Shown here piece after piece: positions 27,081-42,537 of a DNA stretch of 64,000 nt (the first letter of the stretch is position 1; the number at the start of each line of letters is the position of its first letter). Source of the DNA: the human T2T-CHM13v2.0 reference genome, Homo sapiens. Both the position numbers and the translations under genes were made by a program. The DNA is taken from the NCBI RefSeq assembly GCF_009914755.1, contig NC_060937.1. One strand, 5' to 3'. Under the pieces are notes generated by a model that was given only the letters and a program-made list of their open reading frames with translations, searched no databases and was not told the origin of the DNA.

Positions 27081-29454
27081 TTTACTCTCCACCCTGTGGT
27101 TCCAGCACAGAAAACTTGTTACAACACCCCACCCACCCCACCCCAAGGGAAATTTAGTATGCTTTGGGCCAAGTGCTAGAATAGATATTTTCGTATGCTT
27201 TATCCCGTTGAGCTTCGCAAACACATTGAAAGTTAGGCATCATTATCCCCAATTTACAGATGAAGAAACTGAGGCCTGTGGGATAACACAGAAAGATCAT
27301 ATCCTTTCCATTTAACCATGCTGCCTTAATCTGTTTGGCTTAGACAATTAACTGTCTTGCCTGTAGGAGTTCAGTGAATATTTGTTTAACACATTAACAG
27401 ATAAACTTAAGCCTGAGAGCAGCACCAGGTGATATCTCTAATTTTCTTCCAAAGCAACTTTATTACAATAATTTATCTTTATTTCAGTTTTCATAAAAGG
27501 GCAAGGAGAAATAAACACGAGTTAAATGCATTGCCTTTTAAATTTCTTGGATGGTCTTTGAAGACGAATATGCAGAAGTCTAGTGGTGGGCATGCTGAAA
27601 AGATAATCATATTCAGGATATCCAGTGTGGCCACCGATACAACGTGGTCTTATGACACTAGAGGGAATGAGGCTCCTTGAGAGGTGTGGCTCAAAAATTG
27701 TGTACCTCCAAGCCAGGATGCTGGTCGGCATGTGGTGTGTGTGTATCTCTCATGTGTGGGGGAGGCCTGTGTGGTGTGTGAGTGTGAAAGGATGGGGGCC
27801 AGGGAAAGATGGAAGAGAGAGAGGACATTTGACCTTTCAGTCCTTGTTTCAGTGAGAACATCCAAATGTTATCCTTTTATGTATTGGTACCCCATATGAG
27901 ATTCTCTTTGGAAAAATGGTTTCCGTGGCCATTAAGAGGCAGAAACTGTTGACCTACGTCATTGTCCAGACTGATAAGCAATTGTATTATTTTGTGCAGA
28001 ATTTTAATCTGCATTAGCAACATACATAGGCTCAACAAAACACTTTGAATGTATTCTTAAGATGTTTCAGTTAAGGTAAAAATGTTTAAGGTTTGTAGGA
28101 AAAAAAGAAAATGAGACACAAAAACAATTACCATGAAAGTCCAAAAATGGTATAAATAAGAAAGGTTCAGACAGAAGTACTTTTAAAATCTACTCTGCTT
28201 TATTTCTTCTGTTAAAAGCCAATACGATCTATTAACACGAATGATGAAACTAAAAACGAGAAATCCCTCCTTTTTAGCAACTCTGTCCTGAATGAGGGAC
28301 AGGATTATGTGACAAAGGACCTCATGAAGGTCTGTGAAATGCCCTGTATAATCCAGATCATTGCAACGGGAAAGTGACTTGGTGGGCCTATACGTGGGTT
28401 GCTGAACATTGCCTCAACCTCCCTCCTGCCACCCTGCCAAGATTTTACAGGGACTTAGGAAGGAGACGTCATAAACAGTGGGATCAGCTCAGTAAGCTTG
28501 TGTGATTAATACTATGTTTCCCTTTTTCAGTTGCTTAGCATCAAAAAGGAAAAAAATAAGGATTACAAAAAATCAATATCAAGCATAACATAGGATTGGA
28601 AACACAGCAATGGTTGGAACAAATTAGAAACACATTTTCATCATCTGACTCCAATAACAAAAGGAAACACCCTTTCCTTCTTTGGGAGCTGTAGCTCTCT
28701 GGAGTTTTCAGAAGTCCAAAGGGGGAGACAATGTGGTCTCCAGGTGAGGCTGTAACTGGATCCTGCCAAGTCTCTAATGGTCCCTCTGACACCCTTTCCC
28801 CTTAAACTACACCCATCTTGTCTCTTCCCAGGACTCTGTGTCTTTCAGGGGCAGAAGGGGATGGTAGCATTATTCTGGAGATTTTGAACATCTGACAAAC
28901 CTCCCCTGGTAACTTTTTAGCTGCCTTCCTGGCCCTTAGGGTGAAAGGGGGCAAAATCAAGACCCTTATATTTTGGAGCGATTTTTAAAAACTTCACCAA
29001 ACAGTTTTGTTAAAATAGATATTTATTTTTCAGCTTTCTTTTGTTCTCCAGTGTTTACATGCTAAGTGTACACGCTCGCATATTCTTGCATATTTCACAA
29101 TATTCTTTAAAAAAGCTGTTCGGTTTCTTGTGACAGGAATTCAGACCTGGCTTCTGAGCTGTGGCACAGCAGAGGAAAGGCAGCCAGCACGGGATCTGAA
29201 ACAGCCCGAGGGGCCTTCCCTCATTAGCCCTTTTGATACCCAGTGAAGAGTCACTCTGTCTTTACAACATCTTATTTTCTTTTTACTTGTAGCGCTGAAC
29301 TCTGGAGGTAATGAGATATCATTGTCACACTCTCTCTCTCCCCCCTATTTAAATGTGCATTCTGTGAAGGTGGGAAGCTTAAACAGTGCCTGGTATATAA
29401 TAATTGATCAACAAATATTTGTTGAAAAATGGGAAGATACTTATTTAGATAGTG

Positions 29455-30016
29455 AAGGGCGTGTGGGGGGTGGGCAGGATTGCTGCTCTGGGTGCAGTCT
29501 GGACAGCTAAGTATTAACCAGCTCAGCGAAGGGTCAGCAGGGACAGCCTTTTATACCCTGCCCTCTTGGTACCCTAGTTCTTGTCTGGTATTGAGAAAGA
29601 ATCAGGTTACAAGAAATAATTGAAGGGTGGTGAATGTGGAGGACTTTATTGAGTGGTGGAAGTGGCTCTCAGCAGAAAGGGGAACTGGAAAGCGGGTGGA
29701 GTGGGAAGACAATCTTCCCCTGGAGTCCAGCCATCCCTAGCTGAACTCCTCTCCGACCACAGTCTCCGACATCCAGCTGTTTCTTCTCCTCTTGATGTTC
29801 AGACACTTCTCTCTTCTGTGTGTATGACTGCTGAGTCTGGGGTCTGGGGTTCTCATGGGTACAGAATAGGGGACGGGATGGGCCAAAAGGCAACATTTGG
29901 CCAGGAAAACAGGGATAGTTCTCACTTTGGGCCACGGGTCTAGGTTTAAGGGTGGAGCCCTCGTCAGGAACTCTGCCCTCTTCTACCCGGTATTTCCCTG
30001 CCTCCTGGCCTTATCA
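29455..30016 (-). mobile_element. ERV1 solo LTR, LTR1/LTR27/LTR28 group
   Basis: Reverse complement begins TGATAAGGCCAGGAGGCAGGGAAATACCGGGTAGAAGAGGGCAG; AATAAA on the minus strand near 29645; distal end approximate. Confidence 0.8.
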
Positions 30017-31476
30017 ATGTTACCTCCCGGACTTATCAATGTCACGTCTTCCTCAAGTTCCTAGTGTCGCCCAGTCCAAGTCAATGACTCAGTAGATTAA
30101 TCAGCAACCTTTTCTCTCAAATTGTCAAAAGCTGTTCAGAGTTATTGAAGACGCTCAATTTGCTGCAGTTAGGGATGCAGAAATTTGATGAATAAAAAAA
30201 TTATCAGATTTTAACTTAAGACCCTAATTGTTAGATCTTTATTTTCTTTAAGGCTTTTGGAAAAGGAAATAAAAAAATTTTAAGTACTTATAGACGGCAT
30301 GAAGAGGAGATGCAAAGATTTAGGTCTTTGAGAAAGAAGTGGATTTTTTAAGTGTTAAAAAATCATCATTTTTAGTCTAAAGGCACTGAGTGCAAGGATA
30401 ATTAAGCAAGTAAAAGTCTCACTTTTTGAACTCAGAAAGTGATAGTTCATTGACTTCATGGATTTTCAACTTAGCAAAATTGCCTTTTAAAAAATAACTA
30501 ATGCTGTCTTTCTCCTGAGAAAAGCTTTTTTTTTTCCACCTCAGTTTTTTCATAAGCCCAAAAGTATTTTTGCATTTAGGCAGGCCTTTCTATGTGGATT
30601 TTGGTGTGAATGTAGATAGTTCTTAAGTTTCTTTCTATGCCCAAATTACTGCTCAGTTATTTCTTTCATACAAACATGTTTTGAGTTGAACCACTAATTT
30701 TTACTTATAATATCTAATTTAGCTAAAGTAACTTCACAGACCCCTTAAAACTTGCTCTATAAAAGTGGGAATACTGAAAATCACTAAGTCACCATGGGGC
30801 AAAGGGCATAGAATATGCTAGAAGTGACTCTTGCCGGGTTGTAATTTTGGCTGGCCCTGACTTGCATTGCATGTCAATTGCAGGAGTTTGTTACCTACCT
30901 TGGAGGGTTTCGATGGGGAAGATCCCTGCAAGCTGCAGGAAGTTCTTTGGACCAATGATTAACCAACCGCCCTGGCACCTTCCTGGCAATGTTGTATTCT
31001 TGCCAAGAGGTGGGGAGCTTCCAGGGACCACTGGGGGACACAGAAGAAAACCTGGGAAAATTGAAGCAGAACCCCTGAGATGTGGCTGATCAGATATATG
31101 CCCTGGCATCCTGGCTCACGGGATGGGAAAAAAAATAACCTGTGCGTGTCTACTAATTGTTTCAGATCTGAAGAAAAAACTATGATAGATGCCTTTATAT
31201 ACTTTCTGAAAAAGAAATTCCTCAGTATATCACTTACATATCTACAACACTGTTGGGAATGTTCATAATTATAATCATAGCCACAGAGAGACTGTAGATG
31301 TTTAAATTCTGTTCCTGGTCAATCTGAGTGTTCTGGAAGGAAAGGAGATTATTTCTGAATGCATGTATTTCTGCATTTCATATCTAGATATTAATTCATG
31401 CTGTGATCAATCAAACCCTCTCTGGTTCTTATTAATACCTTATATTTATTTGGGGGCTTTTTCCTCGAGGAGGTAT

Positions 31477-32176
31477 TGTTATAGTAAGTAGCTAGTCTGG
31501 CATGAGCAAGACAGGAGAGGGCTCTCCCACCCTGCCCCAGGAATGTCAGGCGACATCAGGTGATGGTCTGGCTGTTGTTAATTGTCTCTCTAAAATAATA
31601 ATTTGTCACAGTCAGTGCCAGGGAAAGGCAGTTTTCCTATGATAGAAAAAAACCTGAAACTAGTGATCAGCAGTTTCCTGATAAGATCTCAGGAGTTGGG
31701 CAGTGGGCTCCAGCATGTGCATTAAGAGGTAAAATGACGGAGTTTAACTGGTCTATGATGTTCCATTGACATTTGACTGGTACGGGAAGAATGCCTCAAG
31801 TGAGCATGTGTACAACTCCGTAAACACACTGCACTTGCTCACCTCCCAACTGCCAGTAGGTCACTGCTCGTCAAACAGCCCACAGCCAAGGGAAGAATTA
31901 GGGAAGAAGGAATGCAAGACAGCAGAGGAGGTCTTTTGATCACAAGTCAAAGGTCAAACCACACACTTGTCCTTCAAGTTGACTGCTTGGCCCTCTTACA
32001 AGTATACTTTCTTTCCTTTTTTTTTCCTGCTTGAAAGCTTTTAATACACTTTCACACCTGCTCTAAAACTTGCCTCGGTCTTTTCCTCTGCCTTATGCCT
32101 CTCGGTCGAATTCTTTCTTCTGAGGAGACAAGAATTGAGACTGCTGCAAACCCATATGGATTTACTGCTGCTAACA
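31477..32176 (+). mobile_element. ERV1 solo LTR (MER50-like), complete
   Basis: TGTTA...CTAACA termini with perfect 4-bp TSD GTAT; subfamily name tentative. Confidence 0.85.
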
Positions 32177-35100
32177 GTATAATTATTTTATTTGAAATGT
32201 TCACACCCTTTCATCATATTACAGAAAACAGACAAGCAATATCCATATAGCTCTCCTCCCATCACCCACTTTAGTCCCATCTTCCAAAATAAGCAAATGA
32301 TAGCCTTAAGTGGACATTATCATCAGTAAGAAAGGAAGTGGAGGGAAACATGTTTACGTAATGGGACAAGCACTGGACAACAGCTAGGGAAAATGATATG
32401 ACGCCTTACTGCTGCTAGCCAGCAGTGTGATGTTGGAGGAAGGTACATTTGGGGGTCATAATTTCCTTACCTACAAAATAAGAAAGGTAGGATGTGTATG
32501 ACCTCTTCAAGCTCAAATTCCAGGATTGGAGTTTAGAGAGCAGCAGAAAATGGCTGAGACCCTTTTTGGGGACAGTCTCCCCTCATACTGGGGATTCTCT
32601 TATTTTTCTTCTCAGGGAAACAATAAGCATATTGTGGATTGTAATAAAGAACATTCAGCAGATCGTCATTTTGTCATCACTGTGAATACAGCTTCTGAAA
32701 GGAAAGGGACAGAGAAAGAGAAGAAAGAGACTAAAACAAGGAAAAGAGTTTCATTAAAAAAAGAAGATGAAATTTATGCCAAGTTCAAAAACTCAACTGA
32801 CCATCAAAATGTACACTCATGGTATATGGATAGGTTAAAAAAATGAAACATGGTACATAATTTTTAAAAAGGAAACAATATTTACGTATAATCCAAATCA
32901 ATCTACATGTTGTTTTATTTAAAGGATTCCCCAATCCAGAGTGCTTGGGAATAAGAGTTTCTGGATGGCCAAGTTTACCCAGATACCTAAAGGTTAGTTA
33001 ACCTTTTAAATTTTGTAATTTATTTTTAATGGGAAGCTTTCTAAAGTGTACATTTCCTTGTCTTATGAGACAGAGTAGATTAAATGGACCATTTGATCAT
33101 AATTAGCCCTTGGGAATATAAGTATCTAGTGCTCAGTTCATAGTTACAGACTCAGATGTAGATACAGATTGAATAGCTTGTGTGCTGAAGGCTCACAGAC
33201 ACAATTGTGCTCCTGAAATGTGTTTGTGTTTTTGTGATTAGTGCTTTGTAAATTCCCTGCTATCAATTTGAATCACAGTTATTTGCCTGCTTCTCATAAA
33301 GAAAGTGTGGCCTGAGGCTACACCAGCTAAATGAATTCCTGAGGAGTTGAGCATAGCTGCCTCTCAGAACATTTAGTGATCTAATGAAGGCAGCTTTTCT
33401 AATGATTGCTGTTAGGTCCTTTTGCTTGTAAGCACTGTTCAGTACATGGTTGTTCACATCCTGGACCACAGGCTCCTAGTCCGCATGGGCCACCCCTTCT
33501 CTCTACGATGTCACGTGTTATATCTCTTTACAGTCACTTCCCCCAGTGCTTTCAGCTCCCAGGTCTAAAACTGCCCTAATAGAAAAACCAATCAGGGTCC
33601 TCGTCCCTTCTGGTCAGCACATTAAGCCAGCTGCCATGTGTTAGTATAATCTTCAGGTATTTGACTAAAACATTTGGCTTATTGGCCACTGAATATTCAA
33701 GAGCCTTGTTGCTAAAGAGGCAATTAAAATGATTAACAAAACGTATCTTTCCTATATCAGCCATTATTATAGTTCTACACATGAACTGTACTTGTTGGGT
33801 TATGATATATATTGCTTCTTCCCCAAATATAAAAGGTTTTCCCTCTATCCAATGGGTTCTTGCTCCAGTTGTCAAGCCAGGCCCCCAAGGTTCGAGGAGG
33901 TGGAGAGGGGTGGACAACAGGATAATAGTGATGTTGCTGCTCCTTACAGCGGAGCCTGGCACCCATGGGAAGAAATAACAAACCCAAGTCACGCAGCTGA
34001 TAAGAAGAAGCAGATTTGGGATTATTTCACTAACCTCTGGGGTGTAAATTTGCCTTAGCATAAGCTATGAGTTACAACCAATGGAATCGCTACAATAACA
34101 ACAGATTCAACGCAGTGTCTATTAGAATTCATGATGTTTTCCCTTATTTCTTATTGTTTACTCACAGTCAGGGAAGTACTTGGTTTTGCTGCCTGCATAA
34201 ACATGATATTGGAATTCTTTCAAATTTATTATTTAGTTTAAAGCTTTCTATCAGTTATTATTTTTTGTTCATGTGTACTTCAGCTCCATATAAATTAATT
34301 TCAAATTTATCATATCTTGCTACTTGCTTCTTTCAATTTTTACTTATATATTTACTTCGTCCAGGGCACTAATGTAACAATCCATTTACACGTGTTTTAT
34401 AGCATGACTGGCTTTTTAGGTACCCGCATTTTCTGAAAAGCAAGATTGTTATTTGCATTTATAGTATCATATAAAAGATGTAGGATTGTATACATCAGTA
34501 AATTTGCTGCATTTTATATTTATTGATATCAATATACTTCTTTCTATTCCTATGATTTTATACCTTTTGCCCAAAATGTTGGAATATTGGTGATTATGAT
34601 TTTTGTATTGGTTCTAATAAGTAATATACCATATTTTTTATGAGTAACGTAGTATTTCTCCAGTAAAGCCACAATAAAATCACTTTCAATCCTTCTGTTT
34701 GATGAAAAGTACTTAATTTTTCCCCAAAAGTTCTTCATAAAATCTAGAGGTACCTTGTGCATGGCATGTGTTCTGTGTGTCCATAAACTATAAATAGATG
34801 CAGATGTTACTATCTTATGTAACATCTTTATTTCATCAAGGTTTGTTTAGCATCTTCTGAGTGATGGCTGTGAGCCTCACTTCTACTTCAGCAGCAGGGT
34901 GGTTCAGAGCTCCTTCTAGCACATCTTGAGAACTGATGCTCAAATGAGCTCACAAAAGACATGTATGTGTGAGATTTTCCAGGCCCACAAACGGTCACTT
35001 CTCATATTTTATCATCAAACTTCCACCATTGTTTTTTCTTAACCAGATAACTTTTATAGTCGTGATCCCCCCATAACCTTAGCATTTTAAGTAAGTCATC

Positions 35101-35643
35101 CACATGTGAACTATTACCCAACAGAGGAAGAAGAGGAAGAGGATCATTTGCCCAAGACCATCTTTGTCACCATGTGATTTGGGATCTTAAGTAGCCACAA
35201 TGTGTGATGACCACTTGCATTTCATGATTTTTAAATTCTTATTTTAAATTCACTTTCATTTAACAAACTTTTGTGTTTATTTAACTATTTTTACTCCTGG
35301 TTCAAATTCAGGCACACTCAGAAGAGGAAAAGAGTGGTTTGTTTTTATGATGTTAGTATAACACAGTACAGAAATGTCTCATTTATTTATAACTTGAGAT
35401 TTATACCACCATCTAATTCCAAAAGGAATTTGAGGTGGTACATGGAGATGTTGACTTTGCTCTTATCTGAGTGCCTTAAAATGTAATTTATGCTGGTTGT
35501 TGTGTGCCATATATCAGCCCCTTCTTGGCACTTGGTGATTAATGTCTGTGAATGGAACAAAACTCACACTGAAGGTATAAAACATCCTCTCATCTGTGAG
35601 GTCTTGGCAAGCACTGAGAAAACTGCAAGAAGAAATAATTTGA

Positions 35644-36023
<380 letters not shown>

Positions 36024-39000
36024 TAAAAGGCATCTCTACTAGAAAATGGTTAATGCCCCCCTCCCTTTGTACTCTCTGTGTATGCAGCACCCAATCTTTG
36101 GTGCCCCTCTGGGTTTCTGTCCTGTCGCCTCACTCCTGGTGAGCTTTAGGAACCAGGTCACACATTTACATATTTGTCTTTGCACAATGTCACATGGAAA
36201 AACTCTGACAAAATAAGTTAAACAAGTTTAACATTGATAAACAATGCAACTTTTGTTTTAATCTCTCTTTCTGACTTGGTTTCTCACATCATCCATCGGG
36301 AAGTAAAATAAGCAAGAAGTGGGGAGGATGAGGACGGAGGAGGAAGGAACAGCTAAAGCAGACATTTTTGTTTGGTGTTTCATCAGGTGAGTGACTGACC
36401 ACACATTTAATTGGCTGGCAGATGGCTTGATGACTGTTTTTCAACCCAATTACCTGGATGTTCAGGCTGAGCAATTTCCCTTGGCAAAATCGTGAAGTAG
36501 TTTTGAAGCTGCATTCACTGCTCATTCAGTTTCCTTTCTGTGCTGCCCTCCCTCATACCTTTGTGTTTTCCTCTGGGTACCTTTCTGGGAGCACAGCCTG
36601 CCTCTGGAGGATCCAGGGTGGGACACACAGAAGGGAGAGTTCTAGAAACAAAAGGAAGACCAGGTCACGCAGAGGTGCAAGATCAGAGGCTCCCCTCTGC
36701 AGAGACTGGGGAGCCACAGCCTTCATCACCTGAGTGGGGACCGACAGGCAGTGGACACTGCGGACCCGGCTCTTGCCTTCCTTATTTGCACCTTCGAGGG
36801 GTTCCAAATCTGAACCACTTATGCTTATTAAAAAGTCCTTTTCCTTGCCTCTACTGTGGACCAACTAAATTCCTAATCTCTCTGGGTAGGACCCAAAAAT
36901 CTGAATTTTAAACAACCACCTATGGTGATTTGTGTGGACATGAAATTTGATCCCTGGTGGACTCTCTCTCATCTAGATGATCTCTTAAGACTCAGCTCTA
37001 ACCTTCTATAATTCTAAGGCCAATTGAATTTGACTCACTTTATTCTCCATAAGGAGAAGCCCTAGGCCACAGATGTACAGCAGGAACTCTCCGAGAACCT
37101 TATCCTCATCAGCCTTCAAATTTGCAAACGTCTTCCTCAGCACGTCATGCCTTGGCAGGCACTGTGTGCAGGTGTGGATGGGTCACATTGCCCTCCCTGT
37201 GGAGCTGGGAACAAAACAGTGAGACTCCACTGGGGGCTGGTCCAAATGCAGCCTCGTAACAGACTCCTGCTCATGGGCACGAGGGCACCAAAGACACTTA
37301 GGAGGGGCAGAAGGAGGCACCCTGCTGATGGGCCCGCCAGCAAATTCCATGGCAAGGAGAGTGGCAGCATTAGAGAGAGGCAGCAAGATGGAAATGAGGT
37401 CAGGCTGGAGAGAGAACATTCTGGATGACATCATGGTTGCCAGGAAGCTGGGGAAAGAAGCCTGCTTGTCCAGACCACGCCAAGAGTCTAAAAGGGTCAG
37501 AAGCAGGGTCAGCCGATCCCAGAGGGAGTGCAGATACTCTCAGAATGAGCTCTGGTGCTGGGCTTCTGGGGAGCTCTGGGGATGCAGGAATAACCTGCTA
37601 CCCTGAGAAACTCATTGACGCAAAGTTCTAGAAACACAGCCAGCTCTCTGAGAGGAGCCAGGTCCTTTTATACAGATCCTTCTTTTCCCCCATGGCTCAC
37701 TCAAAACAAAATCTAACTCCATCTCCCTGGGCCTCAGTTTTCTCATCCGTAAGATGTAAGTGTAGATAATCCCCACAGTATCCTCCAGTCCTATGTTTCT
37801 ATGGAAACTAAGCAAAATAAATAACACAGGAAAATATAAAAAGACACTGTTAAGCAAGATAGAGTGACGGTAGAATTTTCTGGAGAGGTAAAAGCTTGTA
37901 AAGGGCAGAAGGAAGCCTTGACCACAGAGGTGGTGAGCAGCAGGCCAGATGTGCAGCAGGGATAGGCAGGGGTGGTTACAGGTCCAACGTACACACTTTG
38001 GATTTGGCCCCATGGAGAAGCTAGGAGGAAGTGAGGGCTCACGGTTCACCGTGAGACCAGCTGAGGTCAAGGTACAGGCAAAACTATTCAAGGCAATCAC
38101 TGCTCAGAGGATCCTCCAAATAAAATGGCTCATCTGCCTCAATCTGCTTTCATGGCTCCATTGTTTCTTATATAGCTTTTTTTTTTTAATGCCTATTCAT
38201 TAAAAAACTTCAGGGAATATTCACTTTGCTCAAATCCTCAGTGATGGCGAGCATCAAGCTTTCAAATACCAAGCAAACTGTCCATGGCATGGTTTGTTTT
38301 TTTTTTTAAGACTAAATAAATTGAAAGAAAATCCAATGTACATGTTCCATTCTGCAACCCCAAGTCTCCTAGTGCCCCTCAGTTCCTCAGCCTGCCTCCT
38401 GTGTCTGAGTGGAGAGCATCTTTAAGGGGAACTGTCGCAGGTGTGATACACCATCCCTAGCTAGGAGCCCTCCCAGTCAGGTGGAGGGTGGCTCCTTCAG
38501 CAGAGACAACAGCTCTAGAGTGTCCCAGATGAGTGCCATTTCCAATGCATCTTATTTCCCATGTACCTAGAGACTCTCTCAGGAATGGGGCCACCTCACA
38601 GAGTCACACACACAACCCTTCTTTCAGAGGTTGGAATGCAGAAAACCCAGCAGCACCAGCTCTCTCTTCAGACAAGGTAATAAAAACCTCTTTTAAATCT
38701 CACGCTTATTCCTCTGTAACTCCTGGCAATAGGCATGAATGATCCTTCACTGAGAGATTTGTTTTTATCCATCTTGGGATTGAAGAGATGTCCAGGTTGG
38801 GCCCCTCACACCATACGCTCCCACTGGAACACAGGAGTGACTTGCTCAGGGAGGCAGCCCCCAGCCCAGAGGCTCTGCCCCTGTCTCCTGTCTCTGATCC
38901 CCAAAATGGGTGTGAGAAGAGTGAAATGGGAAAGTCACTTCTTCTCACTGGTTTAAAACTCTTATAGCAAAGAGGGGCTACTTGTACTTTTACAGCAACT

Positions 39001-39289
39001 GAATAGCCAATACTTACCGCACAGAACACAGGACGCATTTATTCTTTAATTTTCTTAATCAAAGATGGTTGCTGAACGAAGGTTGTGGGAGCTTAAGCAG
39101 CCCCAAAGCACCCCCTCGCTTGTAGTAGACTGTTTTTGGAAAAAAAGAAAGCAAGACCTATTTGGTGTTTTCTTCCTGATGTGAACTGAAAAGCAGGCTT
39201 GATCCTTCTAAATACTGTCCAACTCATTCACCTTTCTTCAACTCTGTACTAATTTATCGAGTGTACTTTATTTTAATTTTTATTATTAT

Positions 39290-40100
39290 ATCTTTCATTT
39301 CCACATTTATAGTAGGTTCTTTTTCGGTGCTACTTGTACTTGTTTCATTTCTCCTTGTTTGTGTTTTATGCAGTCTTTTTCTTGTTAAAAGAAGTTATGC
39401 CTCGTTTATCTTTTTGAACACATTTAGCCTACATATTTGAAGGTTTTGCCAAAAAATTCTAAAAATTAAGTCTGGAGTAAATTCATATTTTGATGGTTGA
39501 TTTTCTTGGCTGTCTCTTTTTGTATTAGATTGCATAATGCATCTGTCTCTCTCTCTCAGACTAGCAGATTTGCAATTGCTTCCTCCTGGCCCTCTGAGCC
39601 TCTGGGATTAAGAGGATTCAGAGCATTTTCCCTAGCTGTTGTTTCAGATGATAGTTTCAGATGCCTGTTCCACTGTGATGTTGGAGATGGAAGATCCTCT
39701 CACTTGGCCAGCTGGCAACATGGTTTACTATCGCATTCTGATGAAACTAAGAGCTGCTCTCCAAAACCATCTCTCTAGGGGACATTTGTCGTGCTAGTTT
39801 TTCCTTCTTTAGTTTCTTTTCATGATTAGGGAGAGCCCCTCCTCAGCTCCTGCCTTCAAACTGCGAGCCTGGCCCTTGCCCTGTGTTTGATGGAGAACTC
39901 CTAGTCCCCTTTACCCAACAGAACATTATCTCTTGGTAGCCACTGCCTGCTTCCAGACTCAGGGCCTCCTGGGCTCCTGGTCTCAGCCACCTCACCACTT
40001 TGCATCTCTGTTCCATTTCTGGTGCAGGAAGACATTTATTTTGTTGATTCTGGCTAAAGTTTTTTGTTCCCTTTTGAACTATGTTCCTGTCATCACTATA
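39290..40100 (-). mobile_element. Possible highly diverged L1M fragments
   Basis: T-rich antisense L1-like sequence; no diagnostic motif read with certainty. Confidence 0.35.
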
Positions 40101-40399
40101 TCTCACTTATTACTATATGTGTGACCTCAAAGTGTGAACACTTGGATATAACTGCAAAAATGTGATACTATTTCTGCAAAATTTAATTTTTAACTTATGC
40201 AGAATTCTGCTGTGGCTTCATGCATTTCACAAATGTTTGTCAGTTCCTCATGTATGTGGGTCATTGTTCTAAGTTCTAGTGGAGCAGCGGGGAGAGGTGG
40301 TATGAAGCTTTTCGACTTCCAGATGCTTTCGATTTAATCAAGGATTAACTGTCACACTCAAAGAACTATAATGCAGACAGTGCCCATCATCTTCTGAAC

Positions 40400-40585
40400 C
40401 CAAATCAGAAGGCGTGGTCTGACTGTAATCAAGCAACTTGAACTTTCCAGTTTGTTTCTCCAGCTGCAAAATGGCAACCATAACATCTACTACTTTGGGT
40501 CGTTTTGAGGATTAAATAATATAATAGAAATAAAACACTTAGAATCTGGCACAAAGAGAGCACTCAATGATATTAACTATGCTTA
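40400..40585 (+). mobile_element. MIR SINE
   Basis: TGAGGATTAAATAA...CACTTAGAATCTGGCACA...CACTCAAT. Confidence 0.7.
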
Positions 40586-40622
40586 TCTTAATAGACACTG
40601 TCTCAACTTTAAGCATCATGAC

Positions 40623-40706
40623 ATATATGCATACGTATATATACACACATATATGTATATGTATATGTATATGTGTGTATGTATGTATATATATATAGAG
40701 AGAGAG
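40623..40706. repeat. Compound (TA/TG/TATATG)n and (AG)n simple repeat
   Basis: Direct reading. Confidence 0.9.
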
Positions 40707-40734
40707 TAGTTTCTTAGAAACAAAATATTTTAAG

Positions 40735-41032
<298 letters not shown>

Positions 41033-41947
41033 AAAACAAAATATTTTTATATCTTAAATTTTTGTCTCTTTAAATTCTTGTTATTGAACTGTGATAGAAT
41101 GGGCTTTTCTTTCCCCTGGACCACCTATATTTTGATGTTTCTTCACCTTGCCCAGGAGGGACTTTTGCAGCAGAATAATGCATCCATGTTATGCATGAGA
41201 GAGATTTGTTTGTCTTGAAAGTGTTCTGCTTTAAAGAGGGTAAGAACTCACCATCTCCTCCTTGAATGAAACTAGGAATGGGTTTCCAAGGGCTCAGACA
41301 CAGGACCAGCAACAAAGGAGGTTCTAGGGGTGGACAGAGAGTAGAAAAAGAAAGGAAGAAAGGAAACCAAGGGAGAGGAACTTATGGATGCTCATCTGAG
41401 AAGGCCTCTGCATGTCTGAGAAGTGACCCAGTGAAAAGATATTTTATACCAGCCTCTGTACTCTGAGAATATTTGTGATTGGCGGTGAGGGTGAGTGTGA
41501 TGGGATTCTTCTGGTAATGGGCTATCCTTGAGTTCACTGTTGAAATGGTTGAGTGATGCCCATTTTTTCAAGGGTAAAACCTTGGCTGAAAGCTTGATTC
41601 CCTGGGATACCAGATATCCTGGGATGCCCTAGATCACTATAGTGATAGATAGGAAAGCTAATTATGAAGACTTGTGAGAAAATAGTGCCTACACCAAACA
41701 TTTCCCTAACCCATGTATAGATAGTTTGGTCCAAGAGCATCCTGGGAAGGGTGGGGACATTTTACATCCAATGTCTTAAGGCAATGGAAGGACACGGTAT
41801 TTAAAACAGACACTCTTCTGGAAAGTCTAAGATGAGTGGACCCCAGAGCAGGGTAGATGCTGTGCAAGTCATTGGACAAGAGAAAAGCTTAAGAGTAATT
41901 CCTTCCTGATCAGAAAGGGCCCGTGGACATTGTGCTCAAGAGATATT

Positions 41948-42537
41948 CATTTTATTTTACTTTATTTTTATTTAGTTCTGGGATACATGTGCAGGATGTG
42001 CAGGTTTGTTATTTAGGTAAACGTGTGCCATGGTGGTTTGCTGCGCCTATCAACCCATCACCTAGTTATTAAGCCCTGCATACATTAGCTATCAATCCTG
42101 ATGCTCTCTCTACCCCTGTCCCCCGAAAGACCCCAGGGTGTGACGTTCCCCTCCCTGTGTCTATGTGTTCTCATTGTTTGGCTTCCACTTGTAAGTGAGA
42201 ACATGTGGTGTTGGTTTTCTGTTCCTGTGTTAGTTTGCTGAGGATGATGGCTTCCAGCTCCATCCATGTCCCTGCAAAGGACATGATCTCACTCCTTTTT
42301 ATGGCTGGCTAGTATTCTACGGTGTATAAGTACAACATCTCCTTTCTCCAGTCTATCATTGATGGGCATTTGGATTGATTCCATGTCTTTGCTATTGTGA
42401 ATAGTGCTGCAATAAACATACTTGTACATGTACCTTTATAATAGAAAGATTTATATTCCTTTGGGTGTAATGGGATTGCTGGGTCAAATGGTATTTCTGG
42501 TTTACATCTTTGAGGAATTGCCACACTGTCCTCCACA
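41948..42537 (-). mobile_element. L1PA 3' end, 5'-truncated
   Basis: GGGATACATGTGCAGGATGTGCAGGTTTG 3'UTR; ORF 42309-42596 contains EIPFDPAIPL...MFIAALFTIAKTWNQ. Confidence 0.93.

Noticed and set aside
33576-34061. 161-aa minus-strand ORF and overlapping ORFs
   Set aside because: No recognisable domain; overlapping ORFs on both strands; length compatible with chance in 64 kb
37612-38100. 162-aa minus-strand ORF
   Set aside because: Runs through a MIR-derived segment (ILRMRKLRPRE is a typical MIR translation); no protein-family features
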